From assembly GCA_963847705.1 (NCBI GenBank), contig CAWKBC010000010.1:32001-96000 (forward strand): a stretch of 64,000 nt of DNA, read 5' to 3'. A program made the translations under genes and the position numbers. This document shows positions 53,742 through 61,216 of the stretch, in pieces; position 1 is the stretch's first letter; every line of letters begins with the position of its first letter. Below the pieces are notes generated by a model. That model was not told where the DNA came from, ran no database searches, and saw only the letters and a list, made by a program, of their open reading frames with translations. The DNA is from an uncultured Pseudomonadota bacterium. GTDB lineage: Bacteria; Myxococcota_A; Polyangia; Fen-1088.

Positions 53742-54443
53742 TCACACGGTCAGATGTTGGCGGACGAGGTCGTCGGTGAGATCGGCGATCTTCCCGCCGG
53801 CCACCACCTTGCCTCGGTCGAGGATCCGGAAGCTGCGCCCGATGCGGCGCGCGAAGGTCAGCTTCTGCTCGACCAGCAGCACGGTCACCCCCTCGTCGAC
53901 GAGGCGAATGATGACGTCGCCGATCTGGTGCACCACGTTGGGCTGGATCCCCTCCGTCGGCTCGTCGAGGATCAGCAGCTGGGGATCGATCGCCAGCGCC
54001 CGCCCCATGGCCAGCTGCTGCTGCTGACCGCCCGAGAGATCGCCACCGCGGCGTTTCAACATCTCCTTCAGCACCGGGAAGAGCGTCAGCACGCGCTCCG
54101 GAATGGCCCCGACGGCGCCGTTCCGGCCGCGTCCGATGCGCAGGTTCTCCTCGACGGTGAGCTGGGCGAAGATCTCGCGCCCCTGCGGGACATAGCCGAT
54201 CCCGGCGCGGGCGCGGGCCTCGGGCGGGGCGCCGTTCAGCTTGGTGTCGCCGAAGCGAATCTCGCCCGACACCGTGGGCAAGAGGCCCATGATCACCTTG
54301 AGGAGCGTCGTCTTGCCGACGCCGTTGCGCCCCATCAAGCAGACGCAGTCCCCCTTGGGGACCTCCAGGTCCACGTCCCACAGGGTGTGGCTGCCGCCGT
54401 AGAACTGATTGATCTTGGTCGCCGCCAGCATGTCAGTCGCCAA
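53742..54443 (-). CDS. urtE: Urea ABC transporter ATPase
   Basis: QFYGGSHTL, GRNGVGKT, LSGGQQQQLA, LDEPTEGIQP. Confidence 0.93.
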   Translation of the reverse strand: MATDMLAATKINQFYGGSHTLWDVDLEVPKGDCVCLMGRNGVGKTTLLKVIMGLLPTVSGEIRFGDTKLNGAPPEARARAGIGYVPQGREIFAQLTVEENLRIGRGRNGAVGAIPERVLTLFPVLKEMLKRRGGDLSGGQQQQLAMGRALAIDPQLLILDEPTEGIQPNVVHQIGDVIIRLVDEGVTVLLVEQKLTFARRIGRSFRILDRGKVVAGGKIADLTDDLVRQHLTV

Positions 54444-55274
54444 TCATTCCCCGAGGTAGACCTCGATGACGCGCGGATCCTTCTGGATCTGCGCCATCGG
54501 TCCGTCGGCCAGCACCTTGCCCTGGTGGAGCACCGTCACCTTCTTGGCGATGCTGCGCACGAACTCCATGTCGTGCTCCACGACGACGACCGTGTGGTCA
54601 CCGGCCAGGCTGCGCAGGAGCTCAGCCGTCCGCTCGGTCTCGGCGTGGGTCATCCCGGCGATCGGCTCGTCGACGAGCAACACGCTGGGCGATTGCGCCA
54701 GCAGCATCCCGATCTCCAGCCACTGCTTCTGCCCGTGCGCGAGGAGGCCGGCCTGGCGCTTGGCCTGGTCCTTGAGACCGATCAGCTCCAGGATCTCGTC
54801 GATGCGCGTCCGTTCGGCGGCGGTCAGGCGCGCGAACAGCGCGTGGAAGACCCCCTTGTTGCCCTTGAGCGCCAGCTCGCAGTTCTCGTAGACCGAGTGG
54901 CCCTGGAAGACGGTCGGCCGCTGGAACTTGCGGCCGATGCCGAGCTGCGCGATCCGGACCTCGGAGAGCCTGGTCAGGTTGTTGAGTCGGCTGCCGAGAT
55001 AGACGGCGCCGCTGTCGGGTCGGGTCTTCCCGGTGATGCAGTCCATGAGCGTCGTCTTGCCGGCGCCGTTGGGACCGATGAGGCAACGCAGCTCGCCCTT
55101 CTCCAGGGTGAGCGTCACGTCCGTGAGCGCCTTGAAACCATCGAAGCTGACCGACAGGTTCTCCACCCAGAGCGCCAGCGTCGGCTTCGCCCCCTCGGGG
55201 ATGGGGAGGTTGGAGATCGGCGTCGGACGATCGTCTTGTGGTTCTTCCATGGGAATCACGGGCAACGCGCTCAT
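54444..55274 (-). CDS. urtD: Urea ABC transporter ATPase
   Basis: VSFDGFKAL, GPNGAGKT, GRKFQRP, HGQKQWLEIGM. Confidence 0.93.
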   Translation of the reverse strand: MSALPVIPMEEPQDDRPTPISNLPIPEGAKPTLALWVENLSVSFDGFKALTDVTLTLEKGELRCLIGPNGAGKTTLMDCITGKTRPDSGAVYLGSRLNNLTRLSEVRIAQLGIGRKFQRPTVFQGHSVYENCELALKGNKGVFHALFARLTAAERTRIDEILELIGLKDQAKRQAGLLAHGQKQWLEIGMLLAQSPSVLLVDEPIAGMTHAETERTAELLRSLAGDHTVVVVEHDMEFVRSIAKKVTVLHQGKVLADGPMAQIQKDPRVIEVYLGE

Positions 55275-56407
55275 GTCGGCGGCGGGGCTGGTTGGCCGAC
55301 CGCCGCGGCGGCCGAGACCTCGGGGGACGCCGCCGTCGGGGCGGGCGCCGTCGTCCTGGCATTGGCGCGCGCCACCAGCTTGGCCTTGATGCGCGCGCTC
55401 AGCCCCACCAGGCCGTCGGGCAGGAAGAGCGTCACCGCCACGAACAGCGCACCCAGCACGTAGAGCCAGGCCGAGGGGAGCGCCGCGGTCAGCCAGCTCT
55501 TGCCGCCGTTGACCAGCCAGGCGCCCAGGACCGCACCGAACAGCGTGGCGCGACCGCCCACCGCCACCCAGATCGCCATCTCGATCGAGTTCGACGGCTG
55601 CATCTCGCTCGGGTTGATGATCCCGACCTGCGGCACGTAGAGCGCGCCCGCCAGCGCGCAGAGCATCGCAGACAGCGTCCAGATGAAGAGCTTGTAGTTG
55701 GTCGACTCGTAGCCGCAAAACCGGCTCTTGAGCTCGGCGTCGCGTACCGCCGTCACCACCCGGCCGAGCCGGCTCGTGACGATGAAGCGGCAGAGGAGAT
55801 AAGTCCCGAAGAGCGCGATCGCCGAGGCGAGGTAGAGCGCCTTGCGCGTACCGGGATCGTGCAGCGAGGCGCCCAGGATCCGCTTGAAGTCGGTGAGACC
55901 ATTGTTGCCGCCGAAGCCGGCCGCGTTCTGGAAGAAGAAGAGGGTCGCCGCGTAGGTGAGCGCCTGGGTGACGATCGAGAGGTAGACGCCGCGGATGCGC
56001 GACCGGAACATGAACCACCCGAACACCAGCGCCAGAATTCCCGGGGCGGCCAGGCACATCACCGCCGCGAAGGGAAAGCTCTGAAAGCCGTGCCAGTACC
56101 AGGGGAGCGTCTTCCAGTCGAGGAAGACCATGAAGTCGGGCAGCTCACTGCGGTAGACGCCCTCGCCGGCGATCGACCGCATGAGGTACATCCCCATGCC
56201 GTAGCCGCCCATCGCGAAGAACAGCGCGTGGCCGAGGCTGAGGATCCCGGCGTAACCCCAGACCAGGTCCATCGCCAGCGCGGCGATGCCGAAGCAGAGG
56301 AACTTGCCCAGGAGCGGCACCAGGTAGACGGGCGCCACCAGCGGCACCACCACCACGATGAGCAGCGCGGCGACGCCCAGGAACATCCAGGCGCGGGGCG
56401 ATTGCAT
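55271..56407 (-). CDS. urtC: Urea ABC transporter permease
   Basis: WGYAGILSLGH, LPDFMVFLDW, GGNNGLTDF, SIEMAIWVAVGGR. Confidence 0.92.
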   Translation of the reverse strand: MQSPRAWMFLGVAALLIVVVVPLVAPVYLVPLLGKFLCFGIAALAMDLVWGYAGILSLGHALFFAMGGYGMGMYLMRSIAGEGVYRSELPDFMVFLDWKTLPWYWHGFQSFPFAAVMCLAAPGILALVFGWFMFRSRIRGVYLSIVTQALTYAATLFFFQNAAGFGGNNGLTDFKRILGASLHDPGTRKALYLASAIALFGTYLLCRFIVTSRLGRVVTAVRDAELKSRFCGYESTNYKLFIWTLSAMLCALAGALYVPQVGIINPSEMQPSNSIEMAIWVAVGGRATLFGAVLGAWLVNGGKSWLTAALPSAWLYVLGALFVAVTLFLPDGLVGLSARIKAKLVARANARTTAPAPTAASPEVSAAAAVGQPAPPPT

Positions 56408-56427
56408 TTCCCGCAGGCGCTCCAAGC

Positions 56428-58080
56428 TCAGGCCTCCACTCGTCCTTTGATGGCGAAGAGGCCCTGCGGCCGTCGCTGAATGAAGAGGATGATGAACACC
56501 AGCACGACGATCTTGCCGGCCACCGCGCCGGCCATCGGCTCGAGCAGCTTGTTGACGACGCCCAGGCCCAGCGCCGCCGCCACCGCGCCGGCCAGACGCC
56601 CGACGCCGCCGAGGACGACGACCATGAACGAGTCGATGATGTAGCTCTGCCCCAGCTCGGGCCCGACGTTGCCGAGCTGCGAGAGCGCCACGCCGCCCAG
56701 GCCGGCAATCCCGGAGCCGAGGCCAAACACCAGCGCGTCGACCCGCTTGGTCGGGATGCCGATGCTGGCCGCCATGGCGCGATTTTGCGTGACCGCCCGG
56801 ACCTCCAGGCCGAACCGGCTGCGCTGCAGGACCCACCAGACCGCCGCCGACACGACGATCACGAAGCCGACCACCGCGATGCGCGTCCAGGGGAGCACCA
56901 GCCCGTGCGCGATCTCGAATCCGCCCGACAGCCAGTCGGGGTTGGCAACCGAGACATTCTGCGCCCCGAAGATCGTGCGGACCAGCTGGATGAGGCCGAG
57001 GCTGATCCCCCAGGTGGCGAGCAACGTCTCGAGGGGTCGTTTGTAGAGGTGCCGGATGATCGTCCGCTCCAGGATGACGCCCACCAGCCCGGTCGCCAGG
57101 AAGGCCACCGGGATTGCCACGAAGAGGTAGTACTGCGACCCGTGCATGATCGTCTGCACGGTGTAGGTCGCGTAGGCGCCGAGCATCAACATCTCGCCGT
57201 GCGCCATGTTGATGACGCCCAGGAGGCCGAAGGTGATGGCCAGGCCAAGCGCCGCGAACAGCAGCACGCTGGCCAGCGACAGGCCGTGGACCAGATCGCC
57301 CACGAACCCGATCATGCGCTGATTGCTGATGATGCCGTCGCGGGCGTGCGCCGCGGCAGCGCGAACACGCGCGTCGGGCTCGCGCGGCTGGCCGTTGTCA
57401 CCGGGAGACAGCATCTGTTGCAGCGTCGAAAGGAAGTCGTCGTCGCCGCTCTTGCGGATCACCTCCAGAGCCCCCAGCCGAACGTTCGGGTCGGGGCTCG
57501 CCAGGTCGACACGGGCGATCGCCAGCATCAGCGCATCCCGGACTTTGCCGTCCTTCTCCCGTGTCAGCGCCCGGTGGAGCAGCGCCGGCGCCTGCGCGTC
57601 GCCCCCGTTCGAGAGCTCCTTGGCCGCCGCCAGCCGAACCGCGGTATCAGGCGATCCGAGCTTGAGCTGCGCCATGACCGGGTCGATCACCCGCCGGACC
57701 TCGTTGCTGACCTCGACCTCCTTCAGGGGTCGTGGCTCCGGCGTGACGACCTGACCGGTGACCGCGTTGCGGAGGTCGCGGGTCTTCGAATCCCAAACAT
57801 AGGCGTGACCGTCTGTCCCCAGCCGCAGGCGTTCATCCCCGAGCGCGTCCAGCGCCGGGATCGCCCGCGGATCGTCGAGCACTCCCAGCTTGGTGACGCT
57901 CTCCGAGATCTTGTCGTCCGTGGAGGACGCCAGCCCGTCGATTGCCGCCTGCAGAGCCCCATCCCCCGCGTTTTCAAGGGGGCCGGCGTGAGCAGTCGAC
58001 CAGGCGGCGGCACCCGTGACTGCGACGATCACGGAGGTTAGCAACAACCGTCGTCCCGGTCTGAACGCGGAGGCTCTCAT
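56428..58080 (-). CDS. urtB: Urea ABC transporter permease with N-terminal HEAT-like periplasmic domain
   Basis: GLAITFGLLGVINMAHGE, RPLETLLATWG, IIDSFMVVVLGG, RPQGLF. Confidence 0.92.
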   Translation of the reverse strand: MRASAFRPGRRLLLTSVIVAVTGAAAWSTAHAGPLENAGDGALQAAIDGLASSTDDKISESVTKLGVLDDPRAIPALDALGDERLRLGTDGHAYVWDSKTRDLRNAVTGQVVTPEPRPLKEVEVSNEVRRVIDPVMAQLKLGSPDTAVRLAAAKELSNGGDAQAPALLHRALTREKDGKVRDALMLAIARVDLASPDPNVRLGALEVIRKSGDDDFLSTLQQMLSPGDNGQPREPDARVRAAAAHARDGIISNQRMIGFVGDLVHGLSLASVLLFAALGLAITFGLLGVINMAHGEMLMLGAYATYTVQTIMHGSQYYLFVAIPVAFLATGLVGVILERTIIRHLYKRPLETLLATWGISLGLIQLVRTIFGAQNVSVANPDWLSGGFEIAHGLVLPWTRIAVVGFVIVVSAAVWWVLQRSRFGLEVRAVTQNRAMAASIGIPTKRVDALVFGLGSGIAGLGGVALSQLGNVGPELGQSYIIDSFMVVVLGGVGRLAGAVAAALGLGVVNKLLEPMAGAVAGKIVVLVFIILFIQRRPQGLFAIKGRVEA

Positions 58081-58175
58081 TGAGCCTCCGCGCCCCCCCA
58101 CGAAATTATCGCGAGACTCTTCGCGGATCATGCCCACGCCGGCCCTTCTTCGTCCCTCTTGATCCGCGTGATCCG

Positions 58176-59558
58176 TCACTTGGCTGCTGTGACCGCCCCG
58201 CCCGCGCTGAACTTCGGTGCCGTGCAGTTGCCGCAAGCCCAGGGATAGAGCCAATCGGCCTTCTTGCCCTTGTCGTCGGGGATGTACGGGCTCCAGGCCT
58301 CGGCCTTGATCGGCCCATCGGTCTTCCAGACCACGTGGAACTGGCCGTCGGCCTTGACCTCGCCGATGTAGACCGGCTTGTGCAGGTGGTGGTTCTCGGC
58401 GTCCATCGTGATGTCGAACCCGTCGGGCCCGGCGAAGTGCTGGTACCCGACCGCCTGGCGAACGGCGTCGACGTTGACGGAGTGGGCCTGCTCGGCCGCC
58501 TGCGCCCACATGTGAATGCCGATGTAGGTGGCCTCCATCGGATCGTTGGTGACCCGCTTGTCGCCGCCCGGCAGGTTGTTCTTCTTCACGTAAGCCATCC
58601 ACTTGTCGATGAAGGCCTTGTTGACCGGGTTGTCGATCGACTCGAAGTAGTTCCAGGCGGCCAGCTGTCCGACCAGCGGCTTGGTGTCGATGCCGCGGAG
58701 CTCCTCTTCACCGACGGAGAAGGCCACCACCGGGATGTCGGTCGCCTTGATCCCCTGGTTCCCCAGCTCTTTGTAGAACGGAACGTTGGAGTCGCCGTTG
58801 ATGGTCGAGACCACCGCGGTGCGCTTGCCGGTGGCGAACTTCTTGATGTCCGCGACGATGGTCTGGTAGTCGCTGTGACCGAACGGGGTGTACTTCTCCA
58901 TGATGTCGTCGTCGGCCACACCCTTCGAGTGCAGGAAGTAGCGCAGGATCTTGTTGGTCGTGCGCGGGTAGACGTAGTCGGTGCCGAGCAACACCCAGCG
59001 CTTGGCGCCTCCGCCCTTCTTGCCCATCAGGTACTCGACGGCCGGGATCGCCTGCTGGTTGGGCGCCGCGCCCGTGTAGAAGACGTTCCAGGACGACTCT
59101 TCACCCTCGTACTGCACCGGGTAGAAGAGCAGGCCGTTGAGCTCCTCGAAGACCGGCAACACCGACTTGCGCGAGACCGAGGTCCAGCAGCCGAAGGTCA
59201 CGGCGACCTTCTGGTTCTGGATGAGATCGCGCGCCTTCTCGGCGAAGAGCGGCCAGTTGGAGGCCGGATCGACCACCACCGGCTCGAGCTTGCGCCCGAG
59301 CACGCCACCCGCCTCGTTGATCTCCTCGATGGTCATCAGCGCGACGTCCTTGAGCGACGTCTCGCTGATCGCCATCGTCCCCGACAGCGAGTGAAGGATG
59401 CCGATCTTGATCGGACCCTTGTCGTCGGCGGGCGCGGCCGGTGCGGCCGGTGCCGCCGGCGCCGCGCCGGGCGCAGGAGCGGGCGGCGGGGTGCTGCAGC
59501 CCATCGCGCTCGCGAGCGACAGGACGGCAATGAACGAGCCGGTTAATGATTTGCGCAT
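58176..59558 (-). CDS. urtA: Urea ABC transporter substrate-binding lipoprotein
   Basis: Lipobox AMG-C; GILHSLSGTMAISE, FGCWTSVSRK, YPVQYEG, DYVYPR, NHHLHKP. Confidence 0.96.
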   Translation of the reverse strand: MRKSLTGSFIAVLSLASAMGCSTPPPAPAPGAAPAAPAAPAAPADDKGPIKIGILHSLSGTMAISETSLKDVALMTIEEINEAGGVLGRKLEPVVVDPASNWPLFAEKARDLIQNQKVAVTFGCWTSVSRKSVLPVFEELNGLLFYPVQYEGEESSWNVFYTGAAPNQQAIPAVEYLMGKKGGGAKRWVLLGTDYVYPRTTNKILRYFLHSKGVADDDIMEKYTPFGHSDYQTIVADIKKFATGKRTAVVSTINGDSNVPFYKELGNQGIKATDIPVVAFSVGEEELRGIDTKPLVGQLAAWNYFESIDNPVNKAFIDKWMAYVKKNNLPGGDKRVTNDPMEATYIGIHMWAQAAEQAHSVNVDAVRQAVGYQHFAGPDGFDITMDAENHHLHKPVYIGEVKADGQFHVVWKTDGPIKAEAWSPYIPDDKGKKADWLYPWACGNCTAPKFSAGGAVTAAK

Positions 59559-59604
59559 GATCGATCTCTCTCCTTCAGGTGTTTGTCTTGGAAACAGTGA
59601 ATCT

Positions 59605-59618
59605 TTGGCGATTGCCAA
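59605..59618. promoter_or_regulatory. Inverted repeat between the porin gene and urtA
   Basis: TTGGC-GATT-GCCAA in an AT-richer spacer; could be an RNA stem or a protein site. Confidence 0.3.
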
Positions 59619-59635
59619 TTTCCGGCACGTAAACA

Positions 59636-60961
59636 TTAGAAGAAGATTGCCTGCGCCCCGAGCTGGATTGCGTTGGCGGTCGTGTCCGTGGCGAGATACG
59701 TGTGGCTGTAGGTGGCGACGACCCGCAGCGCAGGGCCCTTGATCAGGTACGACAGCCCCACATCCAGGTTCCAGGGGCTCGTCCCGGTGCCGTCCTTGAT
59801 CTTCTCCCACTGGTAGCGAACCATCGGCTGGATGTTGCCGACGCCGACGACCGGGCTGGCGAAGGCCGCCAGCAGGTAGAACGAGTCGGTGACCGAGCCG
59901 GAGGTGACGCTGTCGTAGTAGTAAGCGCCCTCCGCCGTGAACCAGCTCCCGCCGCCGAGCTTCTTCTCCAGGAGTGCGTCGACGTTGAACTCGCCGTAGG
60001 TCTTGCTGCCGGCCGGTTGCCCTTGGGTTCCCTGGGCCTGCCCGCCCACGTCGATCGAGAGGATGTTCTTGTCGCCGAAGTAGCTGCCGTTGCCCCAGAA
60101 CCCGGGCTCCGGGTCGAGGAGCGCCAGCCGCAATTTGCCCGAGAAGAGCGGGCTCGTTCCGACGGCGGCGTTGTCGAACACACCGGCGAAGTAGCTGAAC
60201 AGACCGCCCTTGATGTCGCCCCAGATGACGCCGCCGTTGTTACGACCAGAGGGCCCCTCGCGCGGCGCGCCGATGACCGTCGTGCTGCCCACCGACAGGA
60301 AGCCCGGGTAGTTCCAGGGGATCATGAAGAATGGGCCGGAGGCATTCGCCCGGTCGACGGGAACCAGCAGGTGGCCGGCCCACAGGTGGAATTCGTCGAC
60401 GAAATCGAAGGAGATGATGGCGTCCTCCACCGCGACGAAGCTCCCGACCGCATTCTGCGCGTCTGACCCGGTGGCGACCGACGCCCCGGCGTTGCCGAAG
60501 TTCGTCATGTTGGCATTCAAATTCAAGGTCACCCCGATGTTCTTGGTGATCTTGCCGCCGGCGTGGAGCTCCACGTAGGCGTTGTCCATGTGCCAGTCGT
60601 TGATCTTGTTCGGGGGATTCCCCTGGAAGATGCTGCTGGCGCGGAGCCAGGCACCGACGTCGATCGGCGGGAGCACGTCGGGACGGGTGGCAGGCATCGC
60701 GTCCGTCGAGGTCGGCGGCTTCGCCTCGGTTGCTACGGCCGCGGGCGGCGTGGCCGGCGGCGGCGGCATGACCACCACCGCGGGCGGCGGTGGCGCCGCC
60801 GGAGCGGCCGGCGGAGCGGCGGGGGCGGGCGGCGGCGGGGCGTCCGCCGCCTGAGCGCGGGCCACACCCGCTGCACCCGTCAGGAGGATTGCAAGCGTAG
60901 TTCCCCAAACCTTGGCTGGTGCCAACCGTCGTCGCTCTTCCATATTCTTCTTGGTTCCCAT
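59636..60961 (-). CDS. Outer-membrane porin (FmdC/OprO-P-like; probable urea/amide porin)
   Basis: Signal peptide, Pro-rich linker, WAGHLLVPVDRANASGPFF, beta-strand pattern, C-terminal Phe; first gene of the urt operon. Confidence 0.75.
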   Translation of the reverse strand: MGTKKNMEERRRLAPAKVWGTTLAILLTGAAGVARAQAADAPPPPAPAAPPAAPAAPPPPAVVVMPPPPATPPAAVATEAKPPTSTDAMPATRPDVLPPIDVGAWLRASSIFQGNPPNKINDWHMDNAYVELHAGGKITKNIGVTLNLNANMTNFGNAGASVATGSDAQNAVGSFVAVEDAIISFDFVDEFHLWAGHLLVPVDRANASGPFFMIPWNYPGFLSVGSTTVIGAPREGPSGRNNGGVIWGDIKGGLFSYFAGVFDNAAVGTSPLFSGKLRLALLDPEPGFWGNGSYFGDKNILSIDVGGQAQGTQGQPAGSKTYGEFNVDALLEKKLGGGSWFTAEGAYYYDSVTSGSVTDSFYLLAAFASPVVGVGNIQPMVRYQWEKIKDGTGTSPWNLDVGLSYLIKGPALRVVATYSHTYLATDTTANAIQLGAQAIFF

Positions 60962-61216
60962 CGCGTGATCGCAGCTGTGGCGCTGACGCCGCCCGGACCC
61001 CTTCCGGGCGAACATCTCGGGTCAGCCCGGGCGATCACGCTCAGGACCGGCCGACCTCGATTCGAATTTCCTCGATCCGACTTCAAGGCCGACCATATCG
61101 AACGGGTGTTAATGGCTGATTTCGTCGGAACCAGACTTTCGTAACATCGACGTCACAGCGCCTTCCCGGCCGGCAATTGCGTGCACAGATGTGTCATTTC
61201 CTCGAGTATTTCTCGA

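Noticed and set aside
61141-61157. Shared 10-mer ACATCGACGT upstream of the porin gene and of katA (26560)
   Set aside because: Two copies of a CG-rich word at different distances from unrelated genes is compatible with chance.
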